A stretch of DNA of 63,917 nucleotides, the filler included, from Chiloscyllium plagiosum (lineage: Eukaryota): assembly GCF_004010195.1 (NCBI RefSeq). It is 5 parts of one record of this genome, joined end to end, with 100 filler letters (N's around TTAATTAATTAA, not from the genome) between each part and the next. Parts side by side here need not be neighbours in the genome. Positions count along the whole stretch, not along the records: positions 29,412 to 59,644 come from NC_057712.1; 4 more parts are not named here. One strand, written 5' to 3'. The position numbers and the translations under genes were made by a program. Shown here in pieces: positions 40,897-53,639 of the stretch. The notes beneath the pieces were generated by a model that saw only the letters and a program-made list of their open reading frames with translations, had not been told where the DNA came from and ran no database searches. Each line of letters begins with the position of its first letter. Positions within the stretch are counted from its first letter, which is position 1.

Positions 40897-40935
<39 letters not shown>

Positions 40936-40952
40936 TATACACATATATATAA
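40880..40952. repeat. (AT)n microsatellite
   Basis: Visible directly. Confidence 0.95.
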
Positions 40953-41698
40953 ACACACAAGGCCCTGTTCTGTGCAAGCAGATAGAGCATATACATGCAC
41001 TCGGCCTGTTTTGGCTCAACAAAATAGATGACAGCCACTTGCTAGTTCATTTTTCAGGGCAATACAATACAAATCAGAGTAAATCTGGCTGTTTCAAAAT
41101 TTAAATATAGCCTGACTGTTAACTGTCAATCAACTAAAATGGAGGCATTCTCCATGGCAATGTCATTGGTCCATCAGAGTTCACTTGCGCTTTCCTCTCA
41201 GGCAGTAGCAATGTTGGCTTTGCCCTTGAATTGGTATTCTTGCGATATGTTCTGATGAATGCAAGATCAAAAGCTTTGATAAAATGTGTAACAAAACAGA
41301 AGTTGCTGGAGAGACTCAGCAGGTCAGACAGCATCTATGGAGAGTTAGCAGAGTTAACATTTATTTTTAGCAGTGGTCCAAGTTTGTACTATCAACCTGC
41401 AACAGTATTTTGGTTTTAATATTGTTATATCTGCTATTCTCCTTTGATTGCTATTTTCCTTGATTACAATTAGAGAACTATAACATACTTTTATTAAGCG
41501 ACACACTCTTTTATTGCTCAAATCATATTCATTCCATCCATATGTCTTGTGAACATTAACCATGTCTAAAACATGGTACGTCATCTCCTTCTCCTATCCC
41601 TCCTAAATATTATTCACATTGTTTTATTTCCCATTACTTGTTCAGTTTACAGCCAGGTTTCTGTTAATTATAATTAGAAAGGTTGTCAAGCAGCTATG

Positions 41699-42114
41699 AG
41701 AAAGTGAGGACTGCAGATGCTGGAGATCAGAGCTGAAAAATGTGTTGCTGGAAAAGTGAAGCAGGTCAGGCAGTATCCAAGGAGCAGGAGAATCGACGTT
41801 TCGGGCATAAGCCCTTCTTCAGGAATGAGGAGGGTGAGTCAAACAGGCTAAGATAAAAGGTAGGGAAGAAGGACTTGGGATAGGGGCGTTGGGAATGCGA
41901 TAGGTGGAAGGAGGCTAAGGTGAGGGTGATAGGCTGGAGAGGGGGTGGGGGTGGAGAGGTCGGGAAGAAGATTGCAGGTCAAGAAGGTGGTGCTGGGTCC
42001 GAGGGTTGGGACTGAGATAAGGTGGGGGGAGGGGAAATGAGGAAGGAGGGGAAATGAGGAAGCTGGAGAAATCTGCATTCATCTGCACTTTTCCAGCAAC
42101 ACATTTTTCAGCAG
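41699..42114 (-). mobile_element. PLE 3' end with a short inverted pLTR tip
   Basis: Same pLTR as 2114. TSD tgtcaa(g/a)cagctatg at 41684-41698 and 42115-42129. Confidence 0.85.
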
Positions 42115-43004
42115 TGTCAAACAGCTATGCTAAATTAAGGAAAATAAACACCAAGAACTGAAGAAAGTGTACCCAAAGGTTATTATTGGACTAATAAGAA
42201 TAATGAAGGAAATCAAATACAAATATTCTAGAAATTACAAAATACTGGAGAGGTGGTGAGGGACTGGAGAAAAGTAGATGAGACTTTCTTTTTTTAAGGC
42301 AAAGTAATCTAGAAAATTACAAATTTATGAAATGGATCACTTTCTGAGTAAACTGTAACTGAAGGTAGGAACATGTGGATTGGGATAAGATTATGAGAAT
42401 GAGTCAATATCTGGAGAGAGATTTAGTTGCTTCCACAATAATTTGCTATTGCTCTTCCATCTGTCTCTGTTTGCTTTCTCTTTGTTCCTACAAGGCTCCT
42501 CTGGAGTTGACAGGCAGTAGAAATACAGGGCTCCCTGATTTATGGATGCCCAACTTGCAAATGTTCTTATGCACAAACTCATGCAGGGCTATAATTTTAA
42601 AGACCTGTGCTACTGTTAGGGATCTGACATATGAACATCTGTTATACCTATGAACAGCTGCTTTATATTGCCCTGCATTATATTCTGACTTGTGTACAAG
42701 TCAACTTGCAACCAAACTCCAGAATGGAACCCATTTGCAATCAGAAGACTGCCTTTATTCTTTCAGCACTGCTATGGAAAGAATTGAAACTCCATGTACT
42801 CTTTCCTTACTGTCCTTAATCAGAAGGTGCATATGTTTTCAACTTGTGTGTGTAGTCAATTTTTCTATACCAATAGCAAGCTTTTGTGGGTTTAACAAAA
42901 GAGGATTCTTTATTCATACATTCAGCCTGAAAGTCTGATACTGCATTAGTCACTCAACACAATGTATTCTTCATGACTCCTCAGACACTGAAGCAGTATG
43001 TTTC

Positions 43005-44080
43005 CATTTGCAACAAGATCTGAATAATATCTAAGTGTCAGCGCTTAAGTTGAAAGTAACATTCATGCCACACAAGTGCAATTAACCTCGCCAAGAAAAG
43101 AAATTTTAAACATTGTCCTTCTTGTTCAATGGTGTTAACATGCTGAATCCCACTATCAATATCCTAAGGGTTGCCATTGACCAGAAACTCAATTGGACTC
43201 GCCATATAAATACTATGACAAAAGAGCAAATCAGAGGATAGGAAACCTGCAACAAGTAATTCACTTTCTGACTCCCCATTGCTTATCCACCATCTACAAG
43301 GCACAAGTCAGGAATGTGATGCAATACTCCTCAGTTGCCTGGATGAGTGCAGCTCCAACCATGCTCAAGAAGCTTGACACCATCCATGATAAAGCAGCCC
43401 GCTTCTTTGGCACCACATCCAGAAGCATCCACTCCCTCCTTCACTGATGCTCTATAGTAGTAATGTGTTCCAACTACAAAATGCACTGCAGAAATCTCCA
43501 AGGATCCTTATGCAGGACCATCCAAATCCAGGACATTTATCAGCTAGAAGGACAACAGCAGCAGATACATAGGAACACCACCATTGCATGTTCTCCTCCA
43601 AGCCACTCACCATCCTGACTTGAAAATATCTCAAAGTTTGTTCAGTGTCAAAATCCTAGAATTCTCTCCCTGACATTGTGGGTATTAGGAGACAGCTTAC
43701 CACCATCTTCTTTTCATTCACTCATGGGATGAGTGCATCTCTGGCTAGGCCAACATTTATTGCCCATCCATAATTGCCCAGAGGGCTGTTAAGAAGCAAC
43801 GACATTGCTGTGGGTCTGGAGTCACATGTAGGCCAGACCAGGTAAGGATGGCAGTTTCCTTCCCTAAAGGACATTAGTGAACCAAATGGGTTTTCCCAAC
43901 AACTGACAATGGATTCACGGTTGTCATTAGACTCTTAATTCCAGATTTTGCTTTAAACTCAAGTACCACCATCTGCTGTGGCAGCATTTGAACCTGTGTG
44001 CCCAGAGCAAGAGCCACTAAAAATTAGTAATATATGTTGGTCCAGCCAGCAGTGCTCACATCCCATGAGTGAATAAATAA
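43005..44080 (+). mobile_element. Second LINE family 3' part, split by a SINE
   Basis: Encodes LSTIYKAQVRNVMQYSSVAWMSAAPTMLKKLDTIHDKAAR. Confidence 0.8.
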
Positions 44081-44184
44081 AATTTCCAGTTCAACAATTG
44101 CCGATAGCAGTGAGCTTCTGCCCACTACATTGCTACAAGGTTAGATTTTCAGTCAGTTTTTGTAAAATTTAATTCTCATTTTAG

Positions 44185-44406
44185 GTTAGAGTGGTGCTGG
44201 AAAACACAGCAGTTCAGGCAGCATCTGAGGAGCAGAAAAATCGACGTTTTGAGCAAAAGCCCTTCATCAGGAATACCATTCCTGATGAAGGGCTTTTGCC
44301 TGAAACGTTGATTTTCCTGCTCCTCGGATGCTGCCTGAACTGCTGTGTTTTCCAGCACCACTAATTCAGAATCTGGTTTCCAGCATCTGCAGTCATTGTT
44401 TTTACC
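44185..44406. mobile_element. Palindromic PLE pLTR mini-element with two hammerhead cores
   Basis: Inverted arms. Plus core CTGATGAAGGGCTTTTGCCTGAAACGTT at 44282. 15-bp TSD taattctcattttag at 44170-44184 and 44407-44421. Confidence 0.88.
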
Positions 44407-45711
44407 TAATTCTCATTTTAGTCCTTGTTACCTAAAATATCGGCTTCAACCAGCAGTCTCAACAGCCAGGGAAAGAGCAGACTCCTTTATTAATGATTTC
44501 TATTGATTAGCTGGTTCATGAGTACATGGGTTATTAAAGACTGGGCTTATCTGAGGTAGAATGGTGGTCAGAGTCTTTCATAACAAAATTTCTGATTTTT
44601 CTGACCAAACTGTCCAAGATACCAGGCAGATCAAAGAAAGTGCACATTACCAGATGTGCTTTGAGAAATTCCACGGGCTCAATTGGAGCCTGCTGATTGG
44701 TTAGGCAGAAAGGAGCATGGCTGGCCCAGCTAGAAATGTACCACAACTGAAGAAAGCCTGAGAAATGCTGTCTTGGAATAATGGTGTTGTGATGCAGGGA
44801 AGCATCATGTGCAACAAGATTGCACAGCAGAGGGTAAGTAATGCTGTCAGTGAAGCAGATTTGGACACTTCACCTGGTTTGCATTGTAAAATCATTTTTC
44901 CAAGTAATTTAAATACATCCAGAACTTCAGACTGAGTTACAAATCTTCTCAAAACTTGTTAAATTAAATAGGACACTTCTACAATGGAGAAGAATACTGC
45001 TTCCGAATGAGAATAAATAGAAGAAAGACGTGCAAGTATTATACTTGCTGGGCTTCAGGTTCTTTATTTTAAAAAGAAACTATTTTTCTAATCAACCTGT
45101 TCAGAGATGTTATTACACAGCTCTGAAGCAGGTGGGACTTGAGCCTGAGTCTCTCAGTTCAGGGATAAGGAAACTAGCACTGTGCTACAAGAAGGGGACC
45201 TTACATGCAGGTTGTTAGACCTACAGGGAAGCTCAGCAATCAAGGCCAGGATTTTTTCCTCCGTCATTGTGAATCTGAATGATTTTAATAGCTCATTTTT
45301 CTTTGATTCAGGGTCAACCAGCAAGATCCTATCTCCTAGTATGAAGTGAGTTAACACTAAGCGTCTTCCAGATCCAGACCCCTGGAGGTATTAACCTTCT
45401 ACTTTATTGCTGGTTTAAAGTAACCTTTAAAGTAACAGTAACGTTTTAAAGTATCCTATTTATTTCTTAAGGAAGCAGACCAAGCCTTTGTCGAGTTGAC
45501 CTTTGTATGATTCCAACTTCCACAGTTGGTGCAGGGACCTCCATATCAGTGAGATGATTTTGGACTGTATGATTACTTCAGCCTCGATTTTGATTATATT
45601 CCATTCTGTGAGGAATTTCCATGCCTAGATGATGATTGTATTTCTTCTTGTGAGGCTTTCTCTCAGCCTCTCTAAGAAGTGGATTTTTATCCAAAGAAGA
45701 TTGAACGACAC

Positions 45712-48045
45712 AGAGTCATAGAGTCATCGAGATGTACAGCACAGAAACAGGCCGGTCGGTCCAACTTGTCCATGCCGACCAGATGTCCCAACCCAATCTA
45801 GTCCACCTGCCAGCACCCCTCCAAAGTCTTCCTATTCATATACCCATCCAGATGCCTTTCCAATGTTGCAATTGTACCCGCCTCCACCCATTCCTCTATC
45901 AGCTCATTCCATACATGCACCACCCTCTGTGTGAAAACGTTGCCCTTAGGTTTCTTTTATATCTTTCCCCTCTCACCCTAAACTCATGCCCTCTAGTTCT
46001 GGTCTCCCCAGGGAAAAGACTTTGTCTATTTATTCTATCCATGTCCCTCATGATTTTATAAACTTCTATAATGTTATCCCTCAGCCTCTGACACTCCAGG
46101 GAAATCAGCCCCAGCCTATTCAATGTCTCCCGTTAGCTCAAATCCTCCAACCTTGGCAACAGTCTTGTAAATCTTTTCTAAACCATTTCAAGTTTCACAA
46201 CATCTTTCCAAAAGGAAGGAGACCAAATTGCACACAATATTCCAACAGTGGCCTAACCAATGTCCTGTACAGCAGCAACATGACATCCTAACTCCCGTAT
46301 TCAATACTCTGACCAATAAAGGAAAGCATACCAAATGCCTTCTTCACTATCCTATCTACCTGTGACTCCACTTTCAAGGAACTATGAATCTGCACTCCAA
46401 GGTCTCTTTGTTCTGCAACACTCGATCCTGTTGTAATCTGAGGTAACCTTCTTCGCTGTCTCTACACCTCCAATTTTGGTGTAATCTGCAATCTTACTAA
46501 CTATACCTCGTATGTTCACATCCAAATCATTTATATAAGTGATGAAAAGTAGTGGACCCAGCACTGATCCTTGTGGCACTCCACTGGTCACAGGCCTCCA
46601 GTCTGAAAAACAACCCTCCACCATCACCCTCTGTCTTCTACCTTTGAGCCAGTTTTGTATCCAAATGTCTAGTTCTCCATGTGTTCCATGAGATCTAAAC
46701 TTGCTAACCAGTCTCCCATGGGGAACCTTGTCAAACGCCTTACTGAAATACATATAGATCATGTCTACCGGTCTGCTGTCATCAATCCTCTTTGTTACTT
46801 CTTCAAAAAACTCAATCAAGCTTGTGAGATATGATTTCCCACGCATAAGGCCATGTTGACTATCCCTAATCAGTCCTTGCCTTTCCAAATACATGTACAT
46901 CCTGTCCCTCAGGATTCCCTCCAAAAACTTGTCCACCACCGACGTCAGGCTCACTGGTCTATAGTTCCCTGGCTTGTCCTCACCACCTTTCTTAAACAGT
47001 AGCACCACGTTATGTAACCTCCAGTCTTCCAGCACCTCACCTGTGACTATCGATTATACAAATAGCTCAACAAGAGGCCCAACAATCACTTCCCTAGCTT
47101 CCCACAGAGTTCTAGGGTACATCTGATCAGCTCTTGGGGATTTATCCACTTTTTTGCGTTTCAAGACATCCAGCACTTCCTGCTCTGTAATATGGATGTT
47201 TTTCACGATGTCACCATCTATTTCCCAACATTTTATACCTTCCATGTCCTTTTCCATAGTAAACACTGTACCTCCCCCATCTCCTGCGGCTCCACACAAA
47301 GGCCGCCTTGTTGAACTTTGAGGGGCCCTATTCTCCCCCTAGTTACCCTTTTGTCCTTAATGTATTTGTAAAAACCCTTTGGATTCTCCTTGAGTCTATT
47401 TGCCAAAGCTATTGCATGTTTCCTTTTTGCCCTCCTGATTTCCCTCTTAAGTATACTCCTACTGCCTTTATAATCTTCTAAGGATTCACTCGATCAATCC
47501 TGTCTATACCTGAAATATGCTTCCTTCTTTTTCTTAACTAAACCCTCAATTTCTTTAGTCATCCAGCATTCCCTATACCTACCAGTCTTTCCTTTCACCC
47601 TAACAGGAATGTGCTGTCTCTGGACTCTCGTTATCGCATTTCTGAAGGTTTCCCATTTTCCAGCCATCCCTTTACTTGCAAACATCTGTCCCCAGTCAGC
47701 TTTTGAAAGTTCTTGCTTAATACTGTCAAAATTGGCCTTTCTCCAATTTAGAACTTCAACTTTTAGATCTGGTCTACCCTTTTCCATCATAATTTTGAAA
47801 CTAATAGAATTATGGTCACTGGCCCCAAAGTACTCCCCCACTGACACCTCCGTCACCTGCCCTCCCTTATTTCCCAAGAGTAGGTCAGGTTTTGCACCTT
47901 CTGTAGTAGGTACATCCACATTCTGAATCAGAAAATTTACTTGTACACACTTAACAAATGCTTCTCCATCTAAACCCTTAACACTATGGCAGTCCCAGTC
48001 TATGTTTGGAAAGTTAAAATTCCCCTACCATAACAACCCTATTAT
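45712..48045 (-). mobile_element. CR1 ORF2 (end of APE through RT to tail), disrupted
   Basis: Encodes [38 protein letters not shown] and KIADYTK. Confidence 0.92.
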
Positions 48046-49097
48046 TGTTTTGAGAGTTTCCCCAACTTTCTTTACCTCTAGAAATTCCAAGCCAAGAAGT
48101 GTGGATGATGTCTTGTGAGGAACTTGGTTTCCAAGAATTTGATCAATGTTATTATCCCAATTCGTTTGTGTTGGAAAAGGATGAGCCTCTTTCTTCTTCA
48201 GAGATTCCTGACCAGCAGACAAGTGTGATTGTGGTGTGAACTGTTATTATCAGGACTAGTATCATTGATTCTAGAAATAGTCTCTGTGGTACTTGACTCT
48301 TCAGTTTTTAATTCAGCGAAGATTGTAATATTTTTCCGATATTATTCCACATGCTGACCACTGAACAACCATGCCACCCATATTACTGGTTACTTTTTAT
48401 CTCTTTCTCAGATAATCTACATCTAGTCTTCAGGCAAAGCGAGTTATGTCAGTTTATCTGACCATCAGTGCTAATGGGGAAAAACTATACATTGAAGAAA
48501 TAATGGAAGTTGCAGTACTTTCAGCTTTAAGGGATACTTATTTTACAGGGTGTGCTTACTGAGTTTTCCAAAGTTTACAGGGAACAGGAAACCCTGCATG
48601 TGCAGAAAAATTCTTCAGCAGTGTTAAAGCATGAGAATTGTGTTCCGCATTTTTTAAAAGTTCCTGAAATCCACAGATGCTGTGAGCTGGGACACTGGGC
48701 AGTTTTGGAGTTCCTCCTGTCTTACTTTTTCATTAATTTTGTTTTGTGGCAGTTCCAGATACAATCCCAATAGTCCTGACTCTGACTCTTCTATTTACTG
48801 ATAATGCAGCAATTTCTGAGGTTGTTTTCATTATTCTTTGCACTCCTTCACCACATTCTACACAGAGGTCAGTCTGTGCTCAGTATTCTTGCTAATAGCT
48901 CACCCATCTTCTTCATCGTAGAATCAAAAATATGGCATAGGACTCTCAAAAATTTTGTTGTCCTGCTATTGCAAGTGAATGTTGATACTCCTAAGCTATG
49001 TTTCAAGGGTGCAACTTCTCTCTTCAGAACTCCTTCAGAGTCAGATTTTCTCTTCTCCGGAAGCTATTGAGAAAGAGATAAAAAGTAACCACTAATA

Positions 49098-49345
49098 TGG
49101 GTGGCACTGCTGCCTCACAGTGCTGGGGACCCAGGTTCAATTCCCACCTTGGGTGACTGTGTGGAGCTTGCACATTCTCCCACAGTCTAAAGATGTGCAG
49201 GTTAGGTGAATTGACCATGCTAAGTTGCTCATAATGTTAGGTGCACTAGTCAGACGGAATTGGATCTGGGTGGGTTACTCTTCAGAGGGTTGGTGTGGAC
49301 TTGGGCTGAATGGCCTGTTTTCACACTGTGGGGAATCTAATCTAA
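49098..49345 (+). mobile_element. HE1-type SINE, internally deleted
   Basis: Same SINE motifs. Confidence 0.8.
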
Positions 49346-50139
49346 AAAAATATTCTGATGAGTGAACAGCATCTTGTTGGTGTGCCACCATCATTACTGT
49401 GGGCAAACTGTGCACTGAGATCCCTATTCCCACTTTTGGAGGCAATTTAATTACCAAAATGTTTGACTTACTTATTTTAGCAGGTTCTTTAGCAAGTACA
49501 AGATTGATGATTGCTTCAATTTGTGGTGTGCTTTTTTGCCTGAATTGATTTTGGATTCAAGCCCAGAACTGGATTTGAAACCATAATACTCGCAGATGTT
49601 TCAGTTCAACACAGACAGCTTTGCATTTAAAGATGCAGGTCATCCAATGAGACATTGAGCATTTGGCCTGCCTTTTCAGATAGAGGGAATTGGGAAATCC
49701 CTGTTGAAATTTCTATCCCAGAATCGTCTTTATTTCAAAAAGAAAATTGGGATCTAGAGTACGGTTTGAAATTGGCATTAACAAATTTGATTCAGACAGT
49801 CTTATAATCAGTAATATGTGACAATTGACTCTGGATTACAATGACTGTTTCAATAAACCTGGTTGCCTGGTTCAGGCAAAAAAAAAAATCCTTTTTAAAG
49901 TATTATGTACATGTGTTCCAACTCACCTTCTATTAGCATTATGCAACGCACCATGATGGCATATTATTTTTGCATTTTCTACTTCTTAAAACGTAGGCTG
50001 CTTCGTTTTCTTGGCCCTTGTTGACAAGGCCAACATTTGTTACCCTAATTGACCTTGATGGAGTGGTTAGCCAGGCCATTTCAGCTGACAGCTAAGGGTT
50101 AATTACATTGTTGTTGATTTTGAGTCACCGATGAGGTAA

Positions 50140-50920
50140 GAACATATGAATGCACAAAGTTGGAGCAGAAGTAGACCATTTTGCCCTTCAAATGTGGTCC
50201 ACCATTCAATCATAAAATGGCTGATCAATTTCTGTTTTGAGTTCTATATTTCCATCTATCCCTATTAAATCTTGATTCCTTGCCTATCAAGAATGTATCC
50301 AACTCTGTCATGAAAATATTTAATGATCTTGCTACCACTGCCTCCTGAGGCAGCATTCCAAAATTGCAGACCCTCTGAGAGTAAAAAGGTTTTCTTCATT
50401 GCTGCATTGAAGGGAGACAAATTCTCTTAGTTCTGGACTGACCCATGAGAGAAAACATTATTTCCAGATGCTTGTCAGGACTATCCAGATTCTTGGAAAA
50501 GCACAACCGGTCAGGCAGCATCCAAGGAGCACACTCTTTGACTCTGATCTCCAGCATCTGCAGTCCTCACTTTCGCTTATCCAGAATCTTATACACCTCA
50601 ATAAAGTCACTCCTCATTCTTCTAAAAGCCAATGGAAATACATTCAGTCTGTCCAACCTATCCTCATTGTACAACCTGATCATTCCAGGTATCAATCTGA
50701 TAAAGTTCTTCTGAACCACTTCCAATGTATTTACATCCTTTCTTAATTGGAGATGCGTACACAGTATTTGAGCTGTGTTCTCAGAAAGGCCTTGCATTAC
50801 TTAAGCATAACATCCTTACTTTTATGTTCAGTTCCTTTCATTGTAAAGCATAACCCCATTAGCCTTCTTGATTACATGCTGTATGAAATTCCAAAGTTTG
50901 GTGACTCATGCACCAGACAT
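50140..50920 (-). mobile_element. Degenerate CR1 3' part
   Basis: Encodes LEVVQKNFIRLIPGM...FRRMRSDFIEVYKI. Confidence 0.8.
50495..50577. mobile_element. Very short PLE pLTR remnant inside a CR1
   Basis: pLTR sequence pieces. TSD tatccaga(t/a)tctt at 50482-50494 and 50578-50590. Confidence 0.7.
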
Positions 50921-51744
50921 GATTGCAGATTTCGTTCCCTAAAGGACATTACTGAACCTGACGGGTTTTTCCAACAATTAGTTTTATTCAGCAATTAATA
51001 TACCAACAGAGTGGAGGAGATTTGTGCTTTGCATTTTCTGTACTACATTAATATGTGAATTGAAATATGGTTTAAAAATCTATTAAAAGCCCCTCATGGC
51101 CAGTTTGTTTGATTGTAATGTTCTAATTTTCCACATTCGGATCTCCCTTGCAATTTGCCTAATGTTACAGTCCAGGTTCTAAAGTATTTCAATGTAAATA
51201 AGAAAGAAAACAATTACATTTATAAATTACAAACTGAAAAGAACTTCCTCTAACTCACTCACATTTTTAAAAACAAGCATTGACATCTGCACTTTTGCTT
51301 ATTGTCATGCTTTTATCTTTTTCCTTCTTGAGGGAAATTCACAACCTTTGTTTCTAATGTGAACTGACTCCACTTCCATTCCCAGTAAAGAAAGCAGGGT
51401 TAATGGCTTCAAGGGAAAAACAAGTGAGAATATCATCATGTGTAGCTGCTGCTCTTGTCTTTCTGGATGGCATGGGTCATGGGTTTGGAAGGGACTGCTT
51501 AGGAAACCTTGGTGAATTTTTGTTATGCATCTTGTAAACGTTACATACTGCTGCTACAATGCATCACTAGTGGAAGGAATGAATGTTTGAGGATATGGTG
51601 CCAAAACAAGTGGGCGGAAAGTGGGCGGATTTATCCTGGATGGTGTCAAGCCTCATTAATGTTGTTGAAGCTGATGAGTCAGGAGGTGAATTATTTAATG
51701 TAGAATTTCTAGCCTCTAAACTGCTCTTGCAGCCATTGTACTTA

Positions 51745-53635
51745 GAACATAGAACATAGAACAATACAGTGTAGAACAGGGCTTTCGGCCCTCATTGTTA
51801 TACTGACCTGTGAACTAATCTAAGCCATCACCTTAAGCTATCCCATCGTCATCCATATGCTTATCCAAGGACTGTTTAAATGTTCCTAAAGTGGTGAGTT
51901 AACTACATTGGCAAGCTGGGCATTCCACGCCGTTACCACTCTCTGAGTGAAGAACCTGCCTCTGACATCTGTCTTAAATCTATCACCCCTCAATTTGCAG
52001 CTATACCCCCTTGTACAAGCAGACATCATCATCCTAACAAAAGGACTCTCACTGTCCATCCGATCTAATCCTCTGATCATCTTGTATGTCTCCATCAAAT
52101 TCCCGCACCTCCGCCCTTGAACCCCGCCCCTCCAGTCGCCACCACGACAGAACCCCACTGGTCCTCACCTTCCACCCCACCAACCTCCAGATACATCATA
52201 TCATTTCCTCAACCTCTAAACAGACCCCACCACCAGGGATATATTTCCCTCCCCACCCCATCAGCGTTCCGGAGAGACCACTCCCTCCGCGACTGTCTCG
52301 TCAGGTCCACATCCCCAACCAACCCAACCTCCACTTCCGGCACCTTCCCCTGTAACCGCAAGAAGTGCAAAACTTGCACCCACACCTGCCCCCTCACCTC
52401 CCTCCAAGGCCCCAATGGATCCTTCCATATCCGTCGCAAATTCACCTGCACCTCCACACACATCATTTACTGTATCCATTGCACCTGATGTGGTCTCCTC
52501 TACATTGGGGAGACAGGCCGCCTACTTGCGGAACGTTTCAGGGAACACTTCTGGGACACCTGCACCAACGAACCCAACTGCCCCGTGGCTGAACTTTTTA
52601 ACTCCCCCTCCCACTCCACCAAGGACATCCAGGTCCTTGGCCTCCTCCATCGCCAGACCCTGACCACATGACACCTGGAGGAAGAGCGCCTCATCTTCTG
52701 CCTAGGAACTCTCNNNNNNNNNNNNNNNNNNNNNNNNNNNNNNNNNNNATCTCAGCCCACCTGGCACATCAGCTTCATTCCTGAAGAAGGGCTTATACCC
52801 GAAACGTCGATTCTCCTGCTCCTCGGATGCTGCCTGGCCTGCTGTGTTTTTCCAGCACCACATTTTTCAACTAATACACTGTATGCCTTCTTAACAGCAC
52901 TATCAACCTGGGTGGCAACTTTCAGGGATCTATGTACATGGACACCAAGATCCCTCTGTATATCCACACTACCAAGAATCTTTCCATTGACCCAGTATTC
53001 TGCCTTCTTATATTCTTCCCAAAGTGAATCACCTCACATTTATCTGCATTGAATTCCATTTGCCACCTTTCAGCCCAGTTCTGCAGTTTATCCACGTCTC
53101 CTTGCAAACTGCAACATTCTTCCGCACTGCCCACCACTCCACCAACTTTTTTTATCATCTGCAAACTTACTAACCCATCCACTTATGTCTGCATCCAAAT
53201 CCTTTATAAAAATGACAAACAGCAATGGTCCCAAAACAGATCCTTGTAGCACACCATTAGTAACTAGACTCCAGGCTGAATATTTTCCATCAACCTCCAC
53301 TCGTTGCCTTCTTACAGAAAGCCAGTTTCTAATCCAAATTGCTAAATCACTTTCAATCCCATGCCTCCTTGTTTTCTCTAGTAGCCTACCATGTGGAACC
53401 TTATCAAAGGTTTTACTGAAATCCATGTACACCACATCAACTGCCCTACCTTTACCCATATGCCTGGTCACCTTCTCAAAAAACTCAGTGAGGTTTGTGA
53501 GACATGACCTGCCCTTGATGAATCCATGTTGACTAATTCCAATCAAATTGTTGCTTGTTAGATTATTATAAATCTAATCTCTTATAATCCTTTCCAAAAC
53601 TCTTCCTACAACAGATGTAAGGCTCGCTGGTATAT
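51745..53635 (-). mobile_element. CR1 ORF2 interrupted by a PLE
   Basis: Encodes QHGFIKGRSCLTNL...GSVLGPLLF...SKFADD (52871-53635). 3' end with (TTCTATG)n tail at 51745-52100. Confidence 0.88.
52098..52870 (+). mobile_element. Neptune-like PLE (GIY-YIG region and pLTR) within a CR1
   Basis: Encodes GTFPCNRKKCKTC...FTCTSTHIIYCIHC and LYIGETGR. Hammerhead CTGAAGAAGGGCTTATACCCGAAACGTC at 52781. Spans a short gap. Confidence 0.85.
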
Positions 53636-53639
53636 AAGG

